A stretch of DNA of 64,000 nucleotides from the NCBI GenBank assembly GCA_028023455.1, contig JAQFVV010000003.1, forward strand, positions 18,600,001 to 18,664,000. The letters are read 5' to 3'. The stretch's first letter is position 1, and each line of letters begins with the position of its first letter. The position numbers were made by a program, and so were the translations under genes. Source of the stretch: Epiperipatus broadwayi. Lineage: Eukaryota > Animalia > Onychophora. Positions 35,258 through 49,300 of this stretch are shown here, one piece after another. The notes beneath the pieces are model-generated. The model ran no database searches, was not told the DNA's origin, and saw only the letters and a program-made list of their open reading frames with translations.

Positions 35258-36789
35258 TGCAGTACTGTGCGCTACGTCTAAACGTATAAGATTGTGCCAA
35301 GAATATTACTATAGCTGATTTATTTTAATAGTTTAATTATAAATAATAGTCATGCTGTTTGTTTGAAATGATTTATAGCTGTGGTAAGTGGAAGGAGCGT
35401 TTTCCCCACTTTCTATATTAATTAACATTTCATTTCTACACTAGTTTCAGTTTATTCTAATCCTGGTAATTCCTTTATTTTCTTTCGTAGAAATGCAGTC
35501 GGAATGATGAGATTCTAAAAAGTGAAAAATAAAGTGGATTTTAATTTCTAAGAGAATAGAATGGGTAATAAAATTAATGATAAATATGCTTTTAAATTAC
35601 TGCATAAATCAAGAATATTCTTTCTTTTTTTGTGAACTCAATTTAATATATATGTTATTTATCTTTAAGAAGGCAGGGAGAGTGATTAAGCAGTAGTTAC
35701 AGCGACTCAGCAATAACTCTTGATTATCGATAATGATGGTTTGCCCATTTCTTATCATAACAAGCTTTTTTCTAGCATCTTAATATATCAAACAATATCC
35801 TAAATTTTATAGAATCTTTACAACATTAAGGTGGATATCTAGAAATTATTTTTTTTAACACATTTTGATAGCATAACGATATTTTGAAATAATCAGCCAT
35901 TATCTAATTTCTAAACCGATAATTTAATTTGTAATTAACTAATGTATATCATCTTTATTGTTTTTACTGATTGATTTTTTGTTTAATAATGTTGCTCTAA
36001 GAATCTGGGCGCTTTAAAATTTATAATATAGCTTTAAATAATGAGATGCTAAGATAATTTGTACTAAGGGATGATGGCAAACTATCACCGTTGAAGATGT
36101 TAGCGCTTTGTTTAATACACTCCTTCCAAATTAGCTCACATTTAAAGAGATGGCATAATAATTACTTACAATTTTTTATTTTTTGTAGTGTATATTTTTC
36201 TGCCATCATATTTTTCTATATTATTTTTTTAAATTTTCTGTCATAGCACATACAATTGTGCTAAATGCTATTTGTTCGCATCTATCTAAGTTAATTTGTT
36301 ATGCAGTAAATACCCTTATATTGTTTTAGAGCTATATGCATTATGTAAACATGCACTTTAGTATTGACTTGTAGTCAACTTTGTAGCAGTGTTGATAACA
36401 AATTATTGTAGTCATTTCGAGCTAATATTACATAACTTTCAAAGGTAGAAATGATCTAGTTTCTTGAAGAAAAAAAGCCAAATTCACCTGGAAGATGCTC
36501 AGGTCCAGGTTTAAACATCAAATCACAGATATGGAAACTAATGTGTTAATCACTACATCATGAGACAGAAAATGTATGTATGTATGCGAGAAAGAAAATA
36601 AGATTATATATTGTCATGTTAGTGTTAGAATCTAAAATCTTACATGTAGCATCTAATAGCCTGTTTGATATCCAGTTTTGTATTTTCTTCTACCTCATTA
36701 GTCGATGATTATAACGTCTAGTGTCTTCAGTTTACCATATAACAATGATTTTAATATTATGACTATATATATTGTAAGACTATATATAT

Positions 36790-39724
36790 TGTAACAGTCA
36801 GGCGATGATGTCATAAGAGGGAGTCTCATCTTACTACGGTCGAACTTTGGGTCTTCTGGTAGGATGCTGGAGACACCGCGATAAATTGCATGACCTATGA
36901 TTGCACCTGCTTCCACAAGAATCTCTCGATACTTCTGTATCAAACCTAAATGCAATTTGGGTCTGTTCATCCATAGCTCACCCCCCTCTCGGTCCCATTG
37001 TACCACAGAGTTCGAACTCAGGGAAAATTTGCCTTTGACTCCATTAACAAGGATGCATATATACAGACTGATAATCTGAATTACATTACCAAAGCCATTA
37101 CTAATATATTACATTCATCTAACATTTCCTTAAGTTAACTATAGACTGGTGGTAAGTATGTGTGTATATACATATTTAAGGCAAAGGTTTTATTGGTGAA
37201 TGCAATGATCGGTATAATAAACCAAAGAGATTTTATCAATTTAACATAACTTTAAAACATTTATTTAATTAATCCACATATATATAAAAACAAAAATTCT
37301 TAAATGAATCAAAAAAAAATGAAACAATATTTATAAGTGTAGAGAAAGCAAAAATATACTTGTGTACCAACAGTTCAAATGTCAATGATTAACCAACAGT
37401 TCAAATGTCAATGATTAACATCTATCATAATTAGTATAAATATTCTTATTAAGCGCGATGTCATCACGTAATACTTATGTAAGGCTAAAACCTTAGTACA
37501 TGCGCCTTGAGTGCTTAATTTTAGCAAGAGAGACCTCTACAAATCATGCTCCCAAATCAAAATGCTTTAGATTTACCTATATAATTAAGAAAAATAAGTT
37601 AGAGATAAGAGGGGTCCTTCTTATCTTTATAAAGTTGAATCTTGCGTTATGATTTGTAGAGGTCTCTCTTGCTAAAATTAAGCACTCAAGGCACATGTAC
37701 TAAGGTTTTAGCCTTACTTAATTAGTATAATAATTTTGAGTTATCTACTCCATCTCCCTATGATAGAGGTTTCTTGGAGACATTTCTGTGAACAGAATAA
37801 TAGTAGTATATATATATGCAAAAAAAATATATAAAGTCAAGAAAATAAAATAATTATACTTTTATAAATTTGGCTCTTGCTATCTAATTTAAACTATCGC
37901 TGTTAAGAGCATCGATTCGACATGGGGTTTATTAAATAATACAGCTGATATCCTACACCTTTTTTCTGTTATCAAGTCATAAATAATTCATATGATAGCA
38001 AGGAAAGTTCATTCAGGTGTTAGTCATTTATGCCAGAGAAAATTTAAATAATATTATTTAAACAAACAACAAACAGATAATCTTTTTTTTTTGAGTCAGT
38101 GTATATAAATATTAACATAGAATAAATAGAACTCTTACCTTTGTCTAGTTAATAGATAATGATTACGAACGTAGATTTGTCTAGTTAAAAGATAATGATC
38201 ACGAACGCAGATGGAGTACTGAAGAAGGAATTTACACCTAAAATTTATTTTAAAAAAAAAGAAATTTCTACTAAACTGAATCTTCCCTACCTGCTCTTCT
38301 TGTGTTTTCTACAATTGATCTATTCCAAAAAGTTGAATCGAAGTATTTATGTTCCCGAGGATAAGAATAAAATATAAAAAATATTCATACATACATGTCA
38401 CTATATACATACATATTTAACAATAAACAAAAAAACTGTAGTAAGATATATCTCTTGAACCAAGAATTAAAATTAGATGAGTTGACAGAGTCCCTATTAG
38501 GTTAAAGTTTGCATGCTTCACATACTCCCCTCTTGCATTGGAAATCTGTCATTTTCTTCCATTCTTCATGCAGACGTTCCATTTTATGTAAAAAAAAAAA
38601 AAGTATATTAGGCACTAAAGTTCTAGACAATGGCTCTTAGTTTAGCGTGATTATAAGGTTAATGATTTCACTGATGACATTAATTCGTTTACCCCGCCAA
38701 CACAAATAATATATAAAATTTTCAGTTATTTGCGGTTTTCAACATAAAAAGATTTGAAGAAATTTTCTGTGTAATAAAGTATGATTCTTCAATTGTCTGC
38801 TTTGCTGGTTATATACATATTAACTTATTTTCTGGGTGTGCACTTTATCCTATATTACACTTCAGTTTTATCATTCAATTTGTTTCATAAATTTACCATT
38901 CTTCAAAACTAAAATAATAATAATAACAGTAATAATTCAATTGTTCAAATTACTCATTTATTATTTTTATCAACTCATAAACAAATTACGCAATGCATTT
39001 ATACTCTTCTATATAAAAATTCATTTTATATACATACTACATATGCGTTCAGACAAAAATGTTCATCTTGTACAATGTTCAAAACTATTATTTTTATTTT
39101 ACGGAGTTGGTTTACCGGTGGCGAACGTATAGTTTCTAAGAACGCTGGTTAGAATTGCCTTTTTTTTTTTAGTCTACATTGTTGGCGTCTCTCTTGCATT
39201 TTCTTTTCACATGCTGCTAATATCTATTGTTGTCTGTACTCATATTGCAATAATCGATTCAAGAAATATCATTGCATGGCATTATTTTATTCCCATGCTA
39301 GGTTGCTTAGCATAATATTCGACCTTCGATCGTTGTCATAGTTAGTTCAGTATAATTTGCATCATCATTTAGTCCTGTTTCGTGATGTATAAAAATATGA
39401 AACATGAGACAATCATTGTTATACATATATATTTATATAAATTTTTTTAAGTGTCAAACATTCCTTACTTCAATAGTTTAATTATGCTTTAATACATATG
39501 TGAAATAGAATAATGCTTGATTTAATAATTAGTTATTTAATGCAATCTTGATACTTTGTGTCTATATACCTGTGCATATATATTTATTTATGTACTTAGA
39601 CTTGATGAATACCGTGTTAGCAAAGTTTACATTTCTTTGGCTTGTCATAGATTGTGTCTACACATTACTTATATTACAGGTAGCTAAAGGTTGGTGTGGG
39701 TACACATTTGATACTCTCATAACT
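36790..39724 (-). repeat. 3' LTR (~2.9 kb)
   Basis: Matches 46398-47642 plus 51030-52308. Confidence 0.88.
37440..37718. mobile_element. Hairpin insertion in the 3' LTR: ~69-bp near-perfect inverted repeats, 12-bp flanking duplication
   Basis: Inverted repeats begin at 37479 and end at 37717. taattagtataa occurs at 37428-37439 and 37719-37730. The insert is absent from the 5' LTR. Confidence 0.85.
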
Positions 39725-40399
39725 CCCCTCCCTTACAAGACTAAAATTTTACTTAGAGATTAAAATTTTACTGAGCGAATGTATGCGTTCAATATTTGGC
39801 ATACAATTCTTTTTTCTTTCCTTTGATCATGAAAGTTATGCGATCTATCTTCTAATATCCTCTCTAATCTTTTTATTCTGTCTCCCTTTACAATTTTCTT
39901 TTCTCACTGATTAGCATCAACTTATGTGAGAATTTAGCACATGATCTTTTTTTTGTGTGTGTGGTTTGGACCATGCCAATAATGTGTGTCTTTCAAAGAT
40001 AACACATAACTTTTTTTTTCTTATGGTTTGGTCCATACTAATAATATGTTTCTTTCAAAGATAACACATAACTCTGTTCAGTATCCTCTATCCTGCTCTT
40101 TCAGAGACTTATCAGATTCTGAGGATTACTTAAACCCAGAGTGTCCATCATCACATGTGGATTGACTCATAAAAGGAATCTTAGTATGTCCTAAGATATC
40201 TCAGCAAGTGTCTTAGACTGCCTGCTAAAGCATACCCTTATAAATGATATAAATTATCATTACCCTACTTGTGCATTTTTTTAAAAATTATTTCTCACTT
40301 CTATCTTTCATCCACCATCTCTTTCTAACTCTTTCTATCTAGTCTAAGTTGGAAGTAATAACCCTATAATCAAATCGATTGACCATGATGTGGTTTTAA

Positions 40400-43300
40400 G
40401 ATTCTAGCATTGTATGTGCCTCTCATTTCCCCCTTTACATCTACCCAAAAAGCATTAGGACCTGCTTGTTTTATGATAGTATAAGGTCCTTCATATTGCA
40501 AGTAGAATTTTTAATATTTATTTTCACAAGGTCTGCTTACATGAGGAGTCTATTAGTACTTTATCACCTACTTTAAAACTATGTGTGTTTCTCACACTTT
40601 TATTCCTTTGCTTTGCTCTGCTAATCATTCGTTGGTGGACTTTTTGTCTTATCACTTCTGGATTTGTATTTATGTGCTGCGCTGTAGGTGTATATTTTAC
40701 AAATAGTATTGGTGTGGGTTTGCCAAAGTGCAATTTAATGGGAACGAATCCAGTTGATTTGTTCACGCTCCAATTGATGAAATTTACCACACGCTCTGTC
40801 TGCTTTACCCACCCCTTATGCTCATTCTCTAGATATATCCTGAACAACTGTCCTAATTCCTGCATTACGTGTTCACAAGGGTTGGAATGTGGATTCCTAA
40901 TGGATGTGAGCATGTTTGATTTATGTTTTCTCATCCAATTTTTCTATTCTTTAGATAGGAAAGGAGTGCCATGATCTGTTAATATGGTTCTTGGCCTCCC
41001 TATTTTAATGAATTGGAGGGTGCCTAATACCTTGATGGTGTTTCTAGTATTAGTCTGGGATATTGGGTAAGCTGTAACATATTTGGAGGAGAGATCATAG
41101 GCTACTAATAGATATTTTTTGTGTTTCTAGTATTAGTCTGGGATATTGGGTAAGCTGTAACATATTTGGAGGAGAGATCATAGGCTACTAATAGATATTT
41201 TTTGTTGAACGATGGCAGGGGTCCATAATCTATTGTCAAAATCTCATTAGGTCTTTCGGGTATTATTGATTTAGTCAAATTAGAGTAGTTCTGGTTTACT
41301 GGTTGGCATGTAAGCACATTAGATAATCTCGGAGTGATTTCAAGATGTCTTTTTACATTGTTGGCCAGTAAAACCAGTTTTTAAGAGTATGTTCTGTCTT
41401 ATGGACACCATAGTGACCATATAGACAATGGACATTTATGAGTGGGATTATTAGTGACTTAGATATTACCACCCTCGCCTCTTCAATGTTTAAGTCTGGA
41501 TTATAAAGCAAGACTTTGTTTTCTAGCTTATAATGTGTAAGATCTTTCGACCCATGCAGAACTTTTTTTTTGTTTCCATGATTGTTTTTAGATTTGGATC
41601 ATGGGATTGAATTTCAGGCAAAGCTTCTAAATCATTTTCTACATTGTTGTCATTCATTAGATTGGTGTTAGTAATGTAGGCATTGTCTACTGAAAGGTGA
41701 TTTTATTCAGATCTGCATGGGTTTTGATTCAGCATATCTACCACATTCTTGGATCATTTACAGTACTGTATGCTATAGTTGAATTCCTGTAACAGTAAAC
41801 TCCATCTGACTAGGCGACTATTAGCCAGGTAGCTGTAATTCAGGAATTTGAGGCTCTTGTGGTCAGTGACCACTATCACCTCTGATCCAAGAAGCATCTG
41901 TCGAAACTTCTGGAAGACCCACACTATTGCTAGTGCTTTCTTCTCTGTGACTGTATAATTTATTTCTGGACCCTTTAGGAGTTGGCTAATAAAATAGAGA
42001 ACACCAGGTTGGCCATCCTCCTGGATTTGGGATAACATTACACTCAATCCGAAACCACTACTGTCCATCATGATTTATTAAAATCAGGGAAAGCTAAAAC
42101 AGTTTTCTGTAAGAACCCTGTTTTAATATCTCCAAATGCCTTATCTTGCTCCTCAATCCATTTTCATTTTTCATCCTTTCTAATCAATTTCAATAATAGT
42201 TCCATGCAGTCTAAGAAGAAATGATTATAGAAGTTGCACAGTCCTACAAATGACCTTATTTGTTCTCTATTTGTGGGTTTTGGAAAGTTCTGTATGGCAC
42301 TGATTTTGTTCGGATAAAGTCTTATCCCATTGCATCCAATGATATGACCCAGGAAGACCACTTCGCTACATGCTAATGTGCTCTTCTTGAAGTTGATCTT
42401 GATTCCCTTTTCATAGCACTCTTTGAAGAACAAAATTAGGTGTTGAAGGTGTTCTTCAGTGTTGGTAGATGTTACAATCAGATCATCCACATAAACGGTC
42501 GCAAACTGTTTGACCTTAGGAGATAGTGTTCTATCCAGGCATCGTATTAGACCAGCACCACTATTGATCAATCCAAAGGGCATCCTATTGAAATGGTGTG
42601 AAACCCTCATATCAGAAGGCAGTGTATTGGCGATCATCTGGATGGAGCTCAATCTGCCAATAGCTGGGGGTTAGATCGAAAGTAGAGAACACTTTCTTAT
42701 TTCCAAACCTTACGAACCATAATTTTGATTAACCTTACGAACCATAATTTTGATTAGTTGGCGAGTATCTAAACAAAATCTCATCAACCCGTCTTCTTCA
42801 CAGTTACTACTGGATTATTGTAAGATGAAGAACATTTAGAAATAATCCCCTAATCTAGCATTTTATTAAGCTGCCTAGATATCTCTTCACGATACTGGTA
42901 TGGAATAGGGTACAATTTGGATTGAAAGAGTTGGTCATGAATTAGTTTTATTCTTTGCTGGAAACCCTCTATTATCCCTGGAATTTCTGAGAAAATAGGG
43001 CCAAATTCAATGATAACAGATTGTAATTTTTTCTTCCTCATTGCTTCCAAGTAAATTGGACTCTATGATTCTATTCTCAATCAGTGTCTCTGGGATCACA
43101 GATATACAATCAACTTCAGGTTGGTCATATCTTGTTCCAAATCTCATCATTTACCCTAACTACTTTGTCAGAGAAATCAATGATACAATGGTTCATGTGG
43201 AGAAAGTATGCCCCCATAATGATCTCATGTATCAAGCCATTCAGGATAAGGAAAACATGATAGTGTTGTTTGGCTGATCTTGCTTTGAACCCAGATTTGT

Positions 43301-43476
43301 TTCTGCATCAGTTTGGCATTTTTATTATTAGCCATGGTAACTTGAGTCGACTTTAGTGATCGGGTCTTGATGTTGGGGTTGCTACTCAGAGCTTTGTTGT
43401 AAAATGCATCTGACACCACTGAGATCTGGCTACCAGAGTCTAATAATGCCTTAACTGGCAAATCCTCAAACAGCAT
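40400..43476 (-). pseudogene. pol: protease, RT, RNase H, integrase (gypsy order), many frameshifts
   Basis: ALLDSGSQISVVS; YPIPY; FNRMPFGL; YVDDL; D.S..GL..MLSQ...YTVTEK.ALAIVW; PERPNEILTIDY; YEGPY (GPY/F motif, 40481-40495). Confidence 0.92.
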
Positions 43477-43538
43477 CTATCATGGGGCAGCATTGCACCG
43501 CATAATTGGGTGTTCTATCTTCCCATGAACACATTAGA

Positions 43539-45662
43539 TTAGTGATTTCCCAGTTCCTTGTTTGCCTTGTGTTCCCCAGTGTTTTTCCGTTTTTTTGAGG
43601 TGAGGAACATAACTTCGAAGTACCCTTTTAGTTTGGTTTCTTTTGAAATTTTGGGTGAGTAGTTACTACACTCTGGTTTATTATATTTTTCTGAGCGGTC
43701 AATAGGGCTTATTTTATTTCGATTGTCCCTTGTCTGATTCTGATTAGGTGATCGAGGGTGTAAAGGAATTTGTTGTGATTTACCCTTCCAGTGGTTGAGG
43801 TCATTATTGTTTTTCCTTCTTTTACAGTATGTGGCATTTACAGTAGGGTCCTCCTTTCTCTTTTCAGGGACCCTATTGGGTATGCCGCTGGTGTTTTCAT
43901 CAATATTGTTTAACAGTTCACCCATCTGCTCAATGCTTTTGTCATTTTGCACAGGAGGGACTGTTCTATCTTTATGGGTAAGTTCCTCCTAATGATTCGG
44001 ATGATCTCACCCTCAGTCAAGTGGTATGTGTTTAGGGTTCACAGTTTAGGTACTTGATGGTGGAAAAATTTTGTTAATGTTTCTCCCAGCATCTGTTTAT
44101 ATTTTTTCTGGAACAGCTGATATAATAGTGCTTCTTGTTTATCTTTGTTCTAGAAGCTCTTCACTATTAAGGTTTGGTATTCATCAAAGGTAGATGGGGT
44201 TTGGAACAAGGACTCCCACTTCATCAGGGTGTCCCCTTGTAGATGGCTGTATGCAATGATGATTTTCTCACCCTCCATCAGGTTCTGATTAACTGTGAAG
44301 TACAAGTTCAGGCTCCACTAACTGTGAAGTAAAAGTTCAGGCTTCACAAGTGTTCTATAGGGGCTTCAGTATCCAATCCCTTGAAAATCTTGGTTTTACA
44401 AACTGTTTAATTGCACTAATGTGGGCTAGCTGACCAGGCATCCTACTTAATTCCATGGCATTCATCTGTGGAGCTTTCATTGGACTGCCCTGACTAGTTT
44501 CAGGTGCTTCAAGGTCTTCATTCCTGTAGTCAAAATAAAAAGGATGGTTCTCTCCTTTATGGGTTACTTGGTTTGAGAAGGTAGGTTCATTAAAGAGTTC
44601 ACTCATTTTGTGAGGATCCCTCATTTCTTCTGAAGGGGCATTGATCCTTCCCCTCCCTCATATTCCAAGTCCCTTCGTCTATTTCAGTTTTTGTATCATG
44701 ATGTGCTCGAGATTCAATAGATGCAATTCAATGCTCAACGTCTTTATCTAATTGCTCTACCCGCTCTATAGTCTGACTCACTCAGTCTGCCTATAACATT
44801 CTCAAGTGCAGCCCTACAAATGATGATCTCGGACTCAGTTGAAGCCATTTGGTTTCCTAGGCCTGCCATAGTATGATTTACAGTATCCATAATTTCCTCA
44901 CATGCTTTTATTTCTGTAGCTTGTCTACTAAAAGGTTGCTCCATTTTGGTGTGAACTGCTCGTAACTCTCCTTTTGAATTTCTACCTGATGTTTTTCCTG
45001 ATTTTCTTGAATCTTCCCTTTGAAGATCTTATAAGTCTGGTACACTTCTTCATACTTGATGCTGAGCTGATTAGTGATGCTACACTTAAATTCTTCCAGT
45101 CGTTGCTGACATTGAGTATCTTTTTCCTCCATTTCTTTCCACATTTTGCCTACTTCTCTCTTTAATTCAGCATTATCTTCTTGAACATTGCTTACACTTA
45201 GAGACAGCTGTTGCATTTCCTGAGATAATTTAGCTTCAGTGTCTTTAATTTCCTTTTCCAAGGTTACTTGCATCCTATCCACCCTCTTTTATTCCTACTT
45301 CTAATCTACTTTCCATACTATGTGCATGATCCTTGGTCACCATTCTATCCATCCTGGCTTCTATGCTACTCATGATCCTATTTATGGCTTCTATATCAGC
45401 CTTCAAACTTATTTTCATACAATCCATCTTGTTGTTCACCATTACTTATATCAGTCTTGGTTGCCATTTTTGCCTCCAAACTGCTCATTTTACTTTCTAT
45501 TTTAGATTCTAAACTATACATGTTTTCATCCATTTTTTTCATCAACACTTGGAACATCTGCTCCATGGACACCATATTCTCAGTAGTCTGTACTACTTTG
45601 ACTCTGGATGGTTGTTTCACACCATCCTCTGTTGTTCTTGGGTGAGGTGTCACTTGGTCCAT
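43539..45662 (-). pseudogene. gag with a long N-terminal coiled coil and capsid domain
   Basis: Heptad-rich ORFs 45396-45662, 44908-45282 and 44744-44944, then KQFVKPRF..EKIIIAY.HL..W..L..TFDEYQ, homologous to the gag at 20736-21678. Confidence 0.8.
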
Positions 45663-46329
45663 GACATGTACCTGTGGAAGATCACTAGCCTCAGTTGCAG
45701 ACCCCCCAGGTGTTTGATTACATAAAAACCCTTCCTCAAATTAAAAATAACATCTCCCACCTTCTCATCACTACTACGCAATGAACCATCATCATATCTC
45801 ACTTCCATATTCATTAATTTCTTTTCAGTTCTCAACATCATAAATCGAGCTATTTACTCAAAATATTTGTCTAAACTTTTATAATACTACAATTGGATAA
45901 ATGTCACAGGTTTTCATATTACCTTTCTAATCATGCAATATTTAGCCTTTCAGATGTTTAATTGTCTGTTTTTAGCCTAATTGCCTTTTGTTTCTTCTAA
46001 CTCATCTATTTTAATTTTCAATTTATTGATAATTTCACCTATTTACATTAGTCTCGGTTTATTAATCTTGAATTCACAGCCTTATATATGTTTTTTTTTT
46101 TGAAAATATATTTATCTTAAAATTTGTTTTAGGTTTGTTGTATAGTTAACTCAACTAATCATTCATCAGGTGCATACATGCAATGGTGGTTTTAGATTAA
46201 ATGGGTCTGCCATGCCAGAAATAGGTTCACATAAACATTTAAAAAAAGTAATGAAATAAAAAAAATTTTTAAAAAAAAAATTCCAATCCAATGACTGGAC
46301 CTCCCTTGCAACTAAAGTATGAACAAGAT

Positions 46330-46397
46330 ATATATATTCTTTCCCCATGTTAGGAGCCAGAATATATATATATTCTTGTCCCATGTTGGAAGTCAGA
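46330..46397 (-). promoter_or_regulatory. Tandemly duplicated tRNA-Lys(CUU)-like PBS
   Basis: Minus-strand TGACTTCCAACATGGGAC (13/18) and TGGCTCCTAACATGGGGA (14/18) versus TGGCGCCCAACGTGGGGC, in two ~35-bp units. Confidence 0.65.
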
Positions 46398-49300
46398 TGT
46401 AACGGTCCAGGTGATGACATCATAAAAGGGAGTCACATCTTACTATGGTCTGACTTTGGGTCATCTGGTAAGATGCTAGAGACAACTCGCTAATGACCTA
46501 TGATTGCACCTGCTTCCACAAGAATCAATACTTCCGTATCAAACCTAAATGCAATTTTGGTCGGTTCATCCATATCTTACCCCCCTCTTGGTCCCATTAT
46601 ACCACAGAGTTCGAATTCAGGGGGAATTTGCCTTTGACTCCATTAACAGGGATGCACATATACGGACTGATAATCTGAATTACATTACCAAAGCCATTAC
46701 TAATATATTACATTCATCTAACATTTCCTTAAGTTAACTATAGACTGGTGGTAAGTATGTGTGTATATACATATTTAAGGCAAAGGTTTTACTGGTGAAT
46801 GCAATGATCAGTATAATAAACCAAAGAGACTTTATCAATTTAACATAGAGAAAGCAAAAATATACTTGTGTACCAACAGTTCAAATGTCAATGATTAATG
46901 TCTATCATAATTAGTATAATAATTTTGAGTTATCTATCCGAGAAAGCAAAAATATACTTGTGTACCAACAGTTCAAATGTCAATGATTAATGTCTATCAT
47001 AATTAGTATAATAATTTTGAGTTATCTACCCCATCTTCCTATGATAGAAATTTCTCAGAGACATTTCTGTAAACAGAATAATAGTAGTATATATATACAA
47101 TATATATATATATAGTCAATAAAATAAAATAATTATACTTTTATAAATTTGGCTCTTGCTATCTAATTTAAATTATCGCTGTTAAGAGCATCGATTCGAC
47201 ATGGGGTTTATGAAATAATACACCTGATATCCTACCCCTTCTCTTTTCTGTTATCAAATCTTAAATAATTCATATGATAGCAAGGAAAATTTATTCAGGG
47301 TGTTAGTCATTTATGCCGGAGAAGATTTAAATAATAAATACTATTTAAAGAAACAACAAACAGATAATCTTTTTTTTTTTGAGTCTGTGTATATAAATTT
47401 TAACAGAATAAATAGAACTTTTACCTTTATCTCTAGTTAAAAAGTAATGATCACGAACGCAGATGGAGTACTGAGGAAGGAATTTATACCTAAAATTTAT
47501 TTTAGAAAAAATAAATTTTTACTAAACTGAACCTTCCCTACCCGCTCTTCTTGCGTTTTTTACAATTGAACTATTCTAAAAAGTTGAACTGAAGTATTTA
47601 TGCTCTCGTGAATAAGAATAAAATATAAAAATGTATTCATATTGTAAGGATCGCTATAATTCTCATACCTATCCTTATCAAAATAAGCATTAAACATAAA
47701 TATATACATGGATGTGTTGATTTATAAAAGTAATACATCTAATGAATTCACGAATTGATAATATATAACAGTATGAATCAAAATTATATTATTAATGAAC
47801 TGGAAATGCTTAAAACAAAATTGTAAATTTATTATTAAATTTAATTTTATTAATATTTTAAAATAACAAATTTGACAGAACAATTGAGAAAGTTTTATAT
47901 AAAAATAAAATTGATTTTATAACCTAGTGTTGTAAAATAGAAAGGGGGAGAGGAAACCTGATGATTACAATGTAACCATAACAACAATAACAAACAGCTA
48001 TTTTTTTTTGTTGTTGTTGTTGTTCTTTAATGGCTGAAAAGTTAAAAATATGTATCGAGAAGATTATACATGAGATTTTCGTTTATTTATTCGCTAAGGA
48101 TGGCAAGACAGTTAATTTAAAATTGTATTTTGGCAAAACGTTTTTCAGCATTTGGAAAGAAAGAATTATTGGACAGTAAAGAAGCAAAACTGTAAGTTTT
48201 TAATTTGATATATGTGTAAAAAAAAAAAAAACTGAAACGAAAGAATATCACTATATATCCATTGTTAATTGAGCTTTATAAACTATGAAAATTTAAAAAT
48301 AAACAAATTATAACCGGTTGATTAAAGCATAAAAGGAACCAAGATATTTTTTTCTTTTGTATTGATAATTCTATCGAACTATTTGCTATAAAAAAATATG
48401 ATAAAATATTCAGTTGCATAATTAAGCGTTTAATAAGTCTAGAACTGTTGGAAGTTGTAAATTTAATAACGTTTATCATCAAAAGAAAAAAACTGACTTT
48501 AATCGTGTTTCATTTTGGTATATAGCTATAACATTTATAATGCTGATATAAGAAAAGAATTTTATGCATATATATACTAACATAAAAATGATGCAGGTGT
48601 GCTAAAAAAATCGTTGTGAAGGTCAAGGCAACTCAGATGGGTTTCGAAGAAGGCGAGGAACACGATCCATAGGTATGAATTCTCACCATCACATATATAT
48701 AAAATGGCAACCAGATATTATGTGAAGGTGTATAGATCAGTGGTGAAAGTGGCCAAATCAAAGATCATCCAAATTACTTGGTCAACTTGTGGGAATTGGA
48801 TAGATTGTGGAAGGCACTACCTTGTATAATGAAGCGAATAAAAGATGCTGAGAATTCTCAATCTACCATGAATTTCCATTTAAAGAAGATGCTCATGTTT
48901 GATCAAGAGGTTTACTAAATCGTTCAGAATTTTATGGTGATATGTAACTGTTTGTTCGTTATGGTTAACATACTGATGCTATAATTTTTTTTTAAGGTTT
49001 TCTCTTCTTCATTTATGTATTTATTTTATTTTATTTTATTTTTACTTCCACATTGGATTTTTGAGCTGGAAGTACTAAAGAATTTAGATGTATTCATTTC
49101 ATGATATAAAATGTATTTTTTTGAAATAAAAAAAAATATATATATAAATGATTCTGTTAGAAAAAAGAGAAGAACTAGACTATGATGAGATGAACATAAA
49201 TAAAGGTAAGACTTATTTTTGACTCACTAACAACATAACATTAGTAATAAAATTAATTACTAATAAAACCTATATTATCCTTTATTAACAAGACACATAC

